A DNA stretch of 64,000 nucleotides from Amphiscolops sp. MND2022 (taxonomy: Eukaryota). This document shows, one piece after another, positions 1-12,427 of the stretch. The stretch's first letter is position 1. Every line of letters starts with the position of its first letter. Under the pieces are notes generated by a model, which saw only the letters and a list, made by a program, of their open reading frames with translations, made no database searches and had not been told where the DNA came from. Where the stretch lies: contig OZ076412.1 in the NCBI GenBank assembly GCA_964187785.1, forward strand, positions 12,462,001 to 12,526,000, given 5' to 3'. The position numbers and the translations under genes were made by a program.

Positions 1-1310
1 GCTTTGATGTAAAGATTTGGATTTTTTTTGAAAATTTCCCATCATTGGGAGAACGAAAACGTTCAACAGCGGTAAAATGTGTTATAGAGTAGGCTTTTTG
101 AAGGTCAATTGCTGTTCCATGTAAGGATAAAGCCTCAGAATGACGCCAAAATAGTCAGGAAAAAAACAATTTTGGCTGTTTTTTGACAATTTAGTGAATT
201 TTCAACAAAAGTTACGAAAATTTCGAAAAATTCGAAAACTCGAAACTTTTTAAATTCGCATGCATTTGAAAAAAAGGAATTTAGATACTTGTATGTGAGA
301 ATGTGAGAATTCGTCAGAACGACTTAAAATACGTGGAAAATCCACAGTTTTCTTGTTTTCGAAATGTTTGTAGACTTTTTTCGTGAACCTATTGAGTAAT
401 TTTCCAATTCAACAACAACTGGATGTTGTTCAATGGGCGTTTTAGAAAAGGCAACTGCTGTTTCTTAGAACAAAAAGCGCTTCGAATGACCGCAAAGTTG
501 TCGAAAAATCAAAGTTTTCCAACGTTTTGGTGACTTCGTGCAAATTTAAAAAAACTGATTTGTTAGATTTTGGTATAAACACAGGGTCACAAAAGAAGGA
601 TATTGGTGTTCAGAGTGTTCTTGAAGTGTTTCCTTCGGAAATGGGATGACATTAATCAAAAAGTGTCAAAGCTTTCTTTCATCAAACAGATACGCGTTTT
701 CATAGTGCAAAGGCTACCCTTGAGCCTCAAATTTTCATTGCTAGAACAGTTTGGACGGAAATCATGCTGGTCAGCGGGTGTCTTGTTACTTTTGAAATCA
801 AAATAGCGGAAAATGTTAAACGTTAACAAACTTTGCGAGAAGTCACTTTGTTCTGAAAACGTTCAATTGAGGTCCCTTAGTATTATCCTGATTTTTGTAA
901 AGCCTAAATTATAACGTGAACAATAAGTATTTAGATTCTTTGCCAATAAGTTTTGTGAAATTTTGGGGAAAAACTTGATAGTGTTTAACGAGAATTGAAA
1001 ACGTTCTATCCGAACTTTGGAAACGTTATATTCGAGGATCTTTTGGACCCGTTGAGTTTCTTAGATGATGTTAAATACGTTGCGAGCTTGTATGCAAGAT
1101 GAAAACGTTGCAAGATGAAAATTGTAAGAAAAGTGCACCACCCAGAGTGAGATTGTCAGCTGAAAAAAACTATCGACTGTAATAGTCGGGCTTTTTTCCT
1201 TAAGGGAAAACGCGCCGACTAAAAATTGCTCTGTTTTTCAAATTCTGCAAAATTGAATGTCTAATGCTTGATGTGTTCAAACTCATCTGTCAATCAGTGA
1301 TAGAAAGGTG

Positions 1311-1924
1311 TGTTATACGGTACATATACCGGACCGATCTTTCGGTGACATCGCCAATCAAACTTAGATCTTTTCATAGAGCTACAAAGATTATGTTTAT
1401 AAATGTTTGTAAACACTGTACTCTTGCTTCATATTGAGACTACATCATTTGATACAGATATCTTAGTTAGAGAAAGATCGTTTGGCAATACTTTATGTTA
1501 AAAGAGATTTTAGATAAAACCATTTGTTTTCTTATTCAAACCAAGAAATAGAACATGGCGCAGTCAGAAATTTAAATTACCCAATTTTATTTGCAACAAA
1601 GAAAATGTCAGAAGAAAACAAAATCGTAGTACCGAATTTCGAAGCCTTATCAGACGGAAAAAGAATTGTCACTCCGAAACTATGGCTCGAAAGATTTCGG
1701 CAATACACCAAGAGAAAACACAAATTGGACATCGCCGAATTGATACGGGGAGCCGAAATAACACAAACCGGTTGTTTGTAAACACTGTACTCTTGCTTCA
1801 TATTGAGACTACATCATTTGATACAGATAGCTTAGTTAGAGAAAGATCTTTTGGCAATACTTTGTGTCAAAAGAGATTTTAGATAAAACAATTTGTTTTC
1901 TTATTCAAACCAAGAAGTAGAACA
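1311..1924 (+). mobile_element. Internally deleted LTR retrotransposon A (5' LTR, PBS, gag stub, partial 3' LTR)
   Basis: 5' LTR 1311-1555 (TGTTAT...AGAACA) is followed by PBS-like TGGCGCAGTC (1556-1565, tRNA-Ser type). Gag-like stub from ATG 1605 (MSEENKIVVPNF...KLWLERFRQY). 1773-1924 repeats 1404-1555. AGGTG flanks both ends (1306-1310 and 1925-1929). Confidence 0.8.
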
Positions 1925-2774
1925 AGGTGTAGTCTGCCCGTGAAGGAGACGCGAAATATTTTTTTTTACTTTTGTTTCAATAAAAAAACCAGCAAACAAG
2001 GTTCTGAAACAAACGAAAAGTTGGAAACCTATTGGACATGTTGTACAGCACATCATTTTGATTGGAAGTAGTCTTAGTTAACTGACCACACCTAGAATTC
2101 AAATTCAAAGCCTGATAGCGTAGTTGATAGGCTAACTTGCTGTGACATAAAAGGTACACCGACCAAGCTGCAGTGGGAGACTGTTTTGTTTTTTTTTCAT
2201 TACCAATCTTTAGAGTTTTCTTTTGAAACTTTTGACAAGATCGCACATGTTCATGTCGCTCTTGATACGAATCTTGGCAAAATTTGTATGAAGAATTCCA
2301 AGAATTTTAACACTGGAATCATGCGTTGAGTTGTTGGAACCATGACAAATTTTTTCCACATAAAATTTCAATAGACGCTTCCAGGCAGTAATCTTGTCAG
2401 AGTCCTCAATTTTGTTGATTTAATTTTAAATTAATAGCGACAAGGAGACGGATGAAATGTTTGGCTATTTGGAATGTTGATTACCCAAAAATGCAAACCA
2501 TTGAATAGAAAATACGTCTACATGTATGACTATATGATTTCTAGCTATGATTTGCTGGTCTTGCTAATACCTCACCTACTGAGGTAAAGTATTGAAATTA
2601 CTGAAGTTCGAGAATGCAATAGAAACCGGTGCAATAAAAATAAATAGGATTAGAAAATAAGAGTAACCAAAAAACGGATTTGCTACCATGGAACCCTTGT
2701 CAAGAACATGGTTAATCTTGGAATCCTTGCCAAGATTATTGTAAAACATGGTACGCTTGGCAAGGTCTTGCATA

Positions 2775-3201
2775 TGTGACGTCATGATGCATGACATCAA
2801 GAATCTTAAATTTGTAAAAGTATAAATAAACTTCGTGACTTAATAGCATTACAGATGTCACTCTACTCAGAAGTTAAAACCTCATTATCGAGATGCTGAT
2901 TTTTCATTATAAATGTAATCTCTTGTACTTCATCCTATAATTATTTGAAGTCTATTTAATCTCATTATTGATTGATGTACTAACTAAATCTATATATTCA
3001 GAGTAACTCGAATGTTGTAATCAACCAGTACTCTCATCTTCGAAGAGAAAGAATTCTGAGATCTCAGTCTGAATAGTCCTACTCAGTTCATTGAAATAAG
3101 TATAGCTAGCTAGACGGTATTCTGTTAAGCCTTAGTAAGAACTTCTTATGTATTCACTAGATGAAATAAAGTCAAACATCCAACAAGTCTTTAACAGCTC
3201 A
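2775..3201 (+). repeat. 5' LTR of element B
   Basis: Starts TGTGACGTCATG and ends AACAGCTCA; matches 20041-20467 with 8 substitutions in 427 nt by eye (~98%). AATAAA lies near the 3' end. Confidence 0.97.
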
Positions 3202-3203
3202 AT

Positions 3204-3216
3204 TGGTGCGACCACG
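3204..3216 (+). promoter_or_regulatory. Putative primer-binding site of element B
   Basis: TGGTGCGACCACG begins 3 nt after the LTR end (TGG = complement of tRNA CCA). The primer tRNA was not identified. Confidence 0.7.
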
Positions 3217-3359
3217 AAAATTCTCCTTTCTCTTCCTCTAGTACCTCAACTTCTTTCATCTTGTACACAATTTCTCATTTTTTTCATCCGCTATTTCTTC
3301 GTTCGACACACTGTTTCACCTCCTCTTTCTATTGTATATCACTACTAAACACCCTTATG

Positions 3360-3575
3360 GTTCTGACTGCGTATTTTCGTAATTCCTCTCAGTTGAAATT
3401 CTATTGTTCTGACTACGTACTATCGTAATTCCTGTCAGTCGCATTCTTTGGTTCTGACTACGTTCTACCGTAATTCCTGTCAGTTATACGTTTCCGTTCC
3501 AACCACCATAGAGTGAATTCGTGTTGGTTTTTCTTTTTCGTTCCAACCGCAGACGTGCAATTCGTGTTGGGTTTT
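3360..3575 (+). repeat. Five ~45-nt leader repeats, each with an internal inverted repeat
   Basis: Three units GTTCTGACT..CGTAATTCCT(G/C)TCAG start at 3360, 3406 and 3451. Two units CGTTCCAACC..AATTCGTGTTGG start at 3495 and 3539. Confidence 0.85.
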
Positions 3576-3784
3576 CAATCAATGCTATCCAGCGATTCCT
3601 GCTGGTAAAATACCTCGGTTCTAGCTGCTCGGATCAACTTGCATAAAAGTTGGCACACAGATATAACATTTTCCCTTCTTTTCAACTTTTTCACCCTTCT
3701 TCTTAAACAATTTTTTCTCTATCATCTCTCTATATGACTACATACTTTTCCTTTTCTTAAGTACTGCCGCGGATCGATCAATCC

Positions 3785-3850
3785 TACACATTTCATCTTT
3801 AAATTTATCACTTATAATACACATTTCATCTTTAAATTTATCACTTATAA
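3785..3850 (+). repeat. Exact 33-bp tandem duplication
   Basis: TACACATTTCATCTTTAAATTTATCACTTATAA occurs twice in tandem. Confidence 0.95.
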
Positions 3851-3956
3851 TACAGAATTATGGTACAACATCTATTAGACATCTAAAACAACCAAAATAC
3901 AATACAAAAATTCCTTTGACACAATTTTTTAATATAGTACATAATCTCCTTTGTTA

Positions 3957-4076
3957 ATGCCTTCAGCTGATAATCTAGTACGTTTCTTAATTCTCCTCTG
4001 GTTCTCTCTTGGTATACTTGCTGGTATTGCACTTTTCTTTGACAGATTTCTAGTCCCTTTCATACCAAGATTCTAA
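3957..4076 (+). CDS. Small hydrophobic leader ORF (39 aa) in element B
   Basis: Hand translation MPSADNLVRFLILLWFSLGILAGIALFFDRFLVPFIPRF*, with one TM-like stretch. Below the ORF-track length cutoff. Confidence 0.35.
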   Translation: MPSADNLVRFLILLWFSLGILAGIALFFDRFLVPFIPRF

Positions 4077-4154
4077 TATTCTAAATTAACATTTTTCACT
4101 AGATAAAACTAACAATAATAATTTAAATAACTCCTATTTCACTCTTATTTTCTT

Positions 4155-4391
4155 ATGATACACGCTATAATACTTCCTATTTTTGGCCTACTTGGAATAT
4201 TTTACACAATCTGTACTCTACTTTCACTTACGTCTAACAAATTTTTACTCATACTTCTAACTATTATTACTTTTTTTTTACAAATCACATTCATAGATAT
4301 AATACTTCCATATCCTATCAATTTCACTACAAAACACAATTTCACCCAATATTTATTTCCTTTAGTGAACAATTTCTACTATGATTCATAA
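4155..4391 (+). CDS. Small hydrophobic leader ORF (78 aa) in element B
   Basis: ATG start, two TM-like stretches; ends 13 nt before the gag ATG. Confidence 0.4.
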   Translation: MIHAIILPIFGLLGIFYTICTLLSLTSNKFLLILLTIITFFLQITFIDIILPYPINFTTKHNFTQYLFPLVNNFYYDS

Positions 4392-4403
4392 TAAAATTAC
4401 ATA

Positions 4404-7400
4404 ATGCTTCCTAACCCATTTATATTATCTCTACAACAAAGGTCTATTCGTTCAACAACCCATGATGTAACACCCTTTTTACACAACCTAATTTTTCAAT
4501 ACACAAATCCACTTTTATTTGAAACTGAAGCACATTCAATCCATACAAAAACATTACTTCGAGAACACTTAGATGCATACCTTTATTACTTCAGATACAA
4601 AACATTGGAAATCACACCATCACAACAACCCTTTCAAGTCATTCTAGTGGAAAATTCTTCAGAACTAATCATCCTCAAAATTTAACTTTATCTATTCAAG
4701 ATATTTTTACGAGTTACATAAACAAACTTATTGAACACAACAAAAACTTAGGTACACCATTATACAGACCGTCCCTTCTTGACAGTTTAAAAGAAAAAGC
4801 AAACTATGTTGATGTACCAGACTTAGATACAAAAGTCATACGCCACAACAATCCTCATTATTGGCTTCAACAAGACCTTCTACAAGTCACAAATTTTCAA
4901 TACAAATTCTTTCAGAACATTTCATTAGATGACGATACAATACCACAAATCAAAGTCTTCTCTCACTTTCTCCTAAAATTCTTTCCATTTAATTAACAAA
5001 TATTATGGGAACAAAAAGATCAAAATGCATATATCCATTTTCCTCAAGTACTCACTGAAACTGAACTTTAACCACTTCTCATTCGAAATGATTTCAAACA
5101 TCCTTACTATAGAGATTTCACAACGATCCACACATCTCACCTTGACTCTATAGAACTTAATCCTGATTTCCTTCGAGAACAATCTGAAACCTCAGATAAC
5201 CGACCTTATACAAATCTACTTCAAAATAATACAAATGAAGACGAAAACATACTATCTGAAACTTCTGATACTGGACCATATATAACTTTAACACAATATA
5301 ACACTACTGATAATGAAAATGTAATCCAACATCAACCAACAACTCCACGACACCCATCCCAAATAACACACGATTCAACAGACTCAGTACAAGACACATT
5401 TACAAACCCACCAAATACTTCTAGTACAATTACAGACTCTAATGCTCTTCAAGTACCTACCCGAAACATCATAGAACATAATAACCATCTTTTCAACCAA
5501 GAAAACCCTTTTACATTATCTGTAACAAACACTAGTGAAACACAAACACCTTCAATACACCATACATTACAACGAAAATATGATCCACCACCTCCTCCAT
5601 CTAATAATTCTACTCATAGTTCCCCTCATAATTCACCTCAACAAGGATCTTCCAACACATTTTCTACTAGACAACCACCTTTAAATGAAACTCAGTTCCA
5701 AACAACAACTCCATCAATACAATCTCTTCAAACAAAACCATACCTTCCTGCTCAAACACCTGTACAACCCACTACTCATTCCATACTAAGTATTAATACT
5801 TTAGACACTAACCCCATAACTAATGTTACAACTTCTCGTACCTTATCACGACCTCCTATACCACTCATTCAAAATAACCCACTTTCGTACAACCTTACTA
5901 GTACCAATACACAATCACAATTCAGTTCCAATAATACACAATCTAATTTAAATATACAACCCATTTCTACTCACTTTCAGACTCATGTTCCTACTACTAG
6001 AACAGAAACACTTCAACCCGTACAAACAATTCCAATTCAACCTCAAATCAAGGTCCTAAATCCTTCCACATCCTCTAACCCATCTACTACTCACACTATA
6101 CCTCCAACTACAATACTTCTGTCTACCTTAAATACACCAACATACATTAACTCTGCTACTTCAATCTCGAAACCCATTAAACTTTTTTATGGTTTAGACC
6201 ATAATTATACACCAGACGAATACTTACAACATATTGAGGCTCGTGTTACATTTTCGCTAGGATTACAACCTCCTACTGCTCATGAGTACAAATTTTGGCA
6301 TGCACGCCGAATGGCTTTTATACAATGCTCACTAACTGGAACTGCTCTTAGTTGATACATTCGTTTAAATGTTTTTGTACAAGTTTTCAAAAAGCAATTT
6401 TCATCACAGGAAAACGCCTATTACGCACAAGTTGAAGCTCTTAGTTAAATAAAAAAGGACAATGAGACTGTTCGTCATTTTGCACTTAGAGTTCAACAAC
6501 TTGTTGAAAAAGGCTGGTGCAATGAGAACGCATCAACTATCAACCTCAAATTTAACGAGATATTTACAAAAGGACTTCCAAAAAACCTTAAGGACTTCGC
6601 AAACAAAAGACAAGTTAAACATACTTCTACTATTTTAGAACCTTCGATACCCTTTCATACACTTGTAAAACTTGTCGATGCTGAAGACATTGCAAATGTT
6701 AAGATACGTACACATGATCTTACCCTCGAAGTCAATAATATTACAAAACAATTACAAACTCAGTCATTACACTCACAACAATCTGACCAAGTAATGTTTA
6801 CACAACCACGAGATCCAAATAACAAAACAAAACCCGCTTACAAAAAGTACTGCTCCTATTGCCATCGAACAAATCATTTTATCTCTGCTTGTTTCAAAAA
6901 ACAACGAGATGATGAAGATAAACGCGATACTTATGCAAGATCAAAATCCCCTCAAACATCTTTTGTACAATATTTCCGTTCCTCCTCCAATGATAAAACA
7001 CAAAGATAAGATACAAGACCAATTGAATACCCCACACGATACCGTAGTCGGAGTACATCCCGTCATGACTACCAAAGACATAATCGACAACGATCTACTT
7101 CAAGAACTCGCTATAATTACGATCGAACTACCACTCCTCCACATTACACTCGATCTCGTTATAACAACTATCACCGAGATTCTCGTTCATATCGTTCACC
7201 ATATAGATCCTCCTACAAATCACCTCATAGACGTGATTCACGTTCCCGTTACAAATCTCGATCATACTCAAGAGATAACAACTTTCCACGATACACTTTT
7301 TCTTATAGACCACCGTCTCGACCTAGAGATTCTCGATATTCTACATCTCGCTCCCATTCTCAGACACGAAACAAAATCAATAACATTCAACCACAAGCTT

Positions 7401-7429
7401 CTACTGACCCAATCAACTTTGAAATACAC
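4404..7429 (+). pseudogene. gag: gag of element B (~1000 codons; one frameshift near 4682 and several stops)
   Basis: One frame runs from 4682 with few stops; most is ATG-less and so missed by the track. It holds a long S/T/P/Q-rich region, a capsid-like segment (FIQCSLTGTALS*YIRL), the zinc knuckle CSYCHRTNHFISAC (6851-6892) and an RS-rich tract (7037-7370). Confidence 0.85.
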
Positions 7430-10400
7430 ATGTACCACCCAACAGAAACGGCAAATGCATTAACTCCTACAAGCTGGTTTTACTCTTTATACACACATAC
7501 ATCCTCAAATCAAAACCATCGTGACTACCCTTCAAGACTTGAAATTTCCTTCCTTCTTGATAGTGGCGCTTCAATTTCTGTATTAAACCATCCTACTTGT
7601 ATTACTATAGCAAAACTTCTTAATATTGAATAAAATCCTCCTCATAATTCATCTAAAACACTCACCGTTGCTAATCAAACAGAAGTTCCTATTTTACACT
7701 ACATCACTATAACTTTAAATACAACCATAGAAGACAATTCACGTCAGTTCACAATACCGTTCGCAGTAGCTGATATTGAATACAACATCCTTGGTACACC
7801 CTTCTTTGAGGAAAATATTCAAAATATAAATATACAAGACTTTACTTTACAATTTAAACAACACTTAAGAGTATATCCCAATTATGCTAAATTTACTTCT
7901 TTACTATCCAAAGATTATCCATATTTCTCTTATATCTATAGAATCAACTCCAAAACACAAATTCGTTTAAAACCAAATTCTTCCAAAATTGCACACTTTC
8001 CTATTAACAACTATTATAACCTCCATTTCTCAACAACACCACAAAAACAATTTTTCCCCACAATTCCACATACTTATTTTTCATCCAAGTTTCGTACAAC
8101 TTTCAACTTCATTGAAATCTTTACAGATGACAAACCAGACACTTGTGCCACAATCATCCAAAACTCTACAAATCACATTGCAACACTACCTACTGGACAC
8201 ATTGGTTATATTGAAGTTCCAATAACTAAAGAAAAACCCAAATATTACCAAGTCAATGACTTAAACACACTTATACACAATGTTACTCATACATAGACCC
8301 CAGAAATTACAGAACTTATCCCACCAACAAACTACTCAACAACTACAGCACAACAAACAAGATTTCCAACACAATTTTTACTAAATCAAGTCTATATGAC
8401 CGACACCAATTCATTACCACACTCACCATCTATAAATAACGTTCAACCTACTTCTCATTCTTCACAACAGAGAGTGTTCCCTTCATTACCATACTCACCA
8501 GAAAACCTCAAGTTCATACATAAATTCAACTTCCAATTCTCTGACCTCACTGATACAGAATGTATCACACTTTGTAATGTGTTACTTAAATATAAAACCT
8601 GTTATGCTACTCATAAAAATGATGTTGGCAAAATTGCAACTCCTTTCCGCATTCGACTTAAACCAAATGCTCAATTGCTTACACAACGTCCATCTAAAGT
8701 ACCAATCCACTACCGTGATGAACTCAATACTCTTCTCAAAGATTTAGAAAAACATAACATTATAAAACAAATTGGTTCTTCTCCTCACGATAAACCCGTT
8801 TATGGCACAACTTACTTAAACCCTCTTTTTATTATACCCAAAGGTGATTCCATTAAATGTGTACTACATGCACGTCACCTCAGCTCAAATACAAAACAAT
8901 CAGACGAATCTTGGCCTATTGAACCTCTTGCTCCACAACTCGCACGAGCAAATGAAAAATACAAATCAGCCATAGACCTCATCTACGCCTATGCGCATAC
9001 CCCTCTTGACGAAGAAACTATCAAACTTACAAGTTTCTCTTCTTGCGATAAACTCTTCGCTTTTAGACGAGGCTTTTGTGGTCTCAAACGCCTTCCAAAT
9101 TTTTTACTAAACAAATGTCATCATTCTTTAAAATACTTATTGAACAAGGTTTTGCTCTTGTATACATTGATGATATTTTACTCCTATCAAAATCTAAAGA
9201 ACACATGTTTCAACTTAATGAACAACTACAAATTGTTAGCACAAAAAATAACCTTAAACTTGCAACCGAAAAATCCTTTTTCATGCTCCTCAAAGTCAAG
9301 TTTTTGGGACATGAAATAGGTTATAATACTATCAAACCCATACATTCCAAAATTACAGCTATACACAAGATTGCTTCACCCACTGGAAAAGTCGCCCTTA
9401 TGAGTTTCATAGGTGCACTTAATTTTTACACCAAATTCATCGAAAACTTCATATTAATCTCAAACCATTTTACGATCTGTTACATAAAAATACCTCTTGG
9501 AAATGGACTGAAGACCATGAACGTTTATTTCAAACTTTGAAAACTTCTCTCACTTCCAATACGGGACTTACAATTCCTATTACAAAACATCCTTTCTTTA
9601 TAACTGTAGATGCTTCCCTTATTGGATTAGGCGCTGTCCTTTTTCAACTGAATGAACAAATCTAAATGAAAGTCATCTCTTACAACTCACGTATATTGAA
9701 CCCACAAGAACAAAAACTCTCTACTCTTGAACGCGAACTTCTTGGTATTGTACACGCCCTTCAAATCTACGAGTTCATCATTATAGGATCACCACATCCT
9801 ATCCAAGTTTTCACTGACCATAAACCTCTTTTACATTGTTTTACGAAAAAAGGCAACCTTAGTCCACGCTTTTTTAGAGCACAAATGCAACTCACCAAAT
9901 TTTCGAAACTTGAAATAATACATACTCCAGGAAAAATCCTTTCTGTTGCTGACTTACTCGGTCGATCTTTTACTAAAGAAGAATTACAAATCAATCAATT
10001 CAAACATAAACACCTTCCATTTCATATGGATTTCACAATATTACAAAACAACAAACTTAAACTCGTACATTACTTAATTAAACATGAAATAGTTCTACCA
10101 CATCAAAAACACGATTGTCATCCAATTCTTGCAGATTATGGTACAGACCAATTCTCATTACGTATTATTGACAGAGGTAATGATATTATAGTTAAACCTT
10201 TGAACTCATTTTCATTCAACGCTATCACCCCTTTTCAAACCAAATTTAAAGCTCCGGTCAAAAAACAAAGCAAATCCTTTCATCAACAATCTCTTCTTCT
10301 CAATGATACTGATGTTACCAGTGATGACGAAGATCATATCTACACTCAAATCCCAAAAGATAACTCTTCCTTTTCACCTGATGAAACCCTACATGAACAA

Positions 10401-12427
10401 GAAACCTTTTCTACAATAACCACACCAAAACCTACCATTAATCCAAAATCGTCATCCGAAATTACTTCTGCTATAGACGTACAAACTCATTCTACCTCTC
10501 TGACACACTCTTCACAAATAGTACCTTTTTACGACCCTTCTTTTTCCAAGTACAAATTGTATTTTCAAGTTTTCTTCCTCCCTGACGATGACTCATTGGA
10601 CCTTAAAACACTTCAAGTACAACAATCTCAAAACCCAGTTCTTCGAACTGTACATTCTTGGATATCTCGTAACAAAAAGCCTGAATTTCTCACTCCCCTT
10701 ATTACTGGCAATCTCTTTTTGCACGCATATTACAAACGATTTAAACAACTTTTCATCGATACTACTACTAACCTTGTAAGCCTTTATATAACAAATCCAC
10801 TTCCTCCTGAAACACACCCTATTTCAATTCTAAACCTACTACACAGTACTATCAGAATTTGTCTCCCTTTTCGAATGTTCCAAACTGTATTTAACAAATT
10901 ACATGACCATTCTCATACAGGTATCAAAATAACCTATAACACTTTTTCTCAATTTTATTACATTCCATATCTTGAAAAATGGCTCTCTATTTTCATACAT
11001 GATTGTCTTGAATGTCAAAAAAATAAACATTTTAATATTAAAAATCAAACTGCTCCTACACAATCGTTTTCAGAACACGCTCCGTTCTTCAATTAACGAA
11101 TCTCAATGGATACCAAAGGACCTATTAATCCTGCTTCACAACATAAATCATACATTCACGTCATCGTTGACGCTTTTAGTCACTTTGTTGTTACCGTTCC
11201 AATCAAATCGAACAATGCAAAAACTGCTACTAAAACTTTATTACATCATTGGATTACCAAATATGGCCCTCCCATTTACCTTGTCATGATCGTGGCTCAG
11301 AATATGTTAATAAAGGTATGGCCCCATCTTTGTACACTTATGGGTATTAGACACTATCCACGAACTTCATATTCTCCTTGGACAAATGGCCTTGTTGAAG
11401 TACAAAATCGAAATGTTGGCACACACCTTCGTATGTTTCTTCATAACAACCCTGACGATTGGGCTTTTCAAGTCCACATGTATGCTTACGCACACAATTC
11501 TCAACCAATTTTTGAACTCAATGTTTCTCCTTACGAAATAGTGTTTCACACAAGACCCAGAATCCCACTGACATTTGATCTTAACCTTAACCGTAACAGC
11601 TCCAAAGCTTGTATTTCACAATACTGTTCACAACTTCCAGAACACTCACACTATGACAAAACAGATTTAAATCCTTTCTTTTACAAAACTCTTTCAAAAC
11701 CCATTCCACAATGGCTTCTTGCTGTAGAAACTGCAATGTTACAAATTTATTCAACTGTATAATATTATACTCTCAAAAAATCAATTCTCAAGCATACATT
11801 ACTAAAACCTACCATGAAGGTAAACCACTTCCTATTGGCACCTTCGTCCTTAAACGCCATTTTGCACACGTTCATTTTTCAGACAAACCTAAACCGCTTC
11901 GAATTGGCCCATACAAAATTCTCGATCGAATATCCGATGTTACATATGAACTTCTCGCACAAGATGGTTCTACATTACATGTTCACAGAAACCACTTAAT
12001 CCCCTATTACCCAAAAGAACCACTCTTGTATCCTCACCCTCGTAATATCATGCGTTTCTCTAATTCAATTAATCTCGACGTTCCAAAACCCATTAAATAT
12101 GCCAATAGCGACTCATCACCTTTTAATTCCGATGAATCCCTTTCTGATGATACATCTTTTTCAGATAATGACCAAACCTTGTTACCAAATAACTTTTCTC
12201 CACAAACTTCATCAAATACTAATCCCCCTTTAAAAATTAACCCACCTTTTCAATCAATTCTTCAACCTCCTGGTACCAATCAGTCTCGTGCCAGAACTCG
12301 TCACCCATCTCAAAACCAATCTCCATCACCTTCCACCACAAATAATAGAGATACCAAACCTCATTATAACTTAAGACAACAACCGAAAATGGATTATCGT
12401 ATTTTCATAGCAACATCCAAACAGTGA
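7430..12427 (+). pseudogene. pol: pol of element B: protease, RT, RNase H, integrase (frameshifted, with stops)
   Basis: LLDSGAS (7556); YIDDILL (9163); VDASLIGLGAVLFQ, ERELLGIVHAL and FTDHKPL (RNase H); HDHSHTG..CLEC, MDTKGP, NGLVEVQN and RIGPYKIL (integrase). Same frame as gag up to ~9100. Confidence 0.95.

Noticed and set aside
1-1300. Short ORFs in the first 1.3 kb and in similar AT-rich stretches (33700-35100, 54000-55900)
   Set aside because: Low-complexity dispersed-repeat DNA; the ORFs have no motifs and mostly non-ATG starts.
3360-3575. CRISPR-like array (regularly spaced palindromic repeats; also 30571-30670 and the LTR palindromes)
   Set aside because: Eukaryotic retroelement context, no cas genes, and no unique spacers between identical repeats.
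6909-7463. 184-aa ORF as a separate gene
   Set aside because: It is an alternative frame of the Gag RS-rich tract; the gag-pol frame continues through the region.
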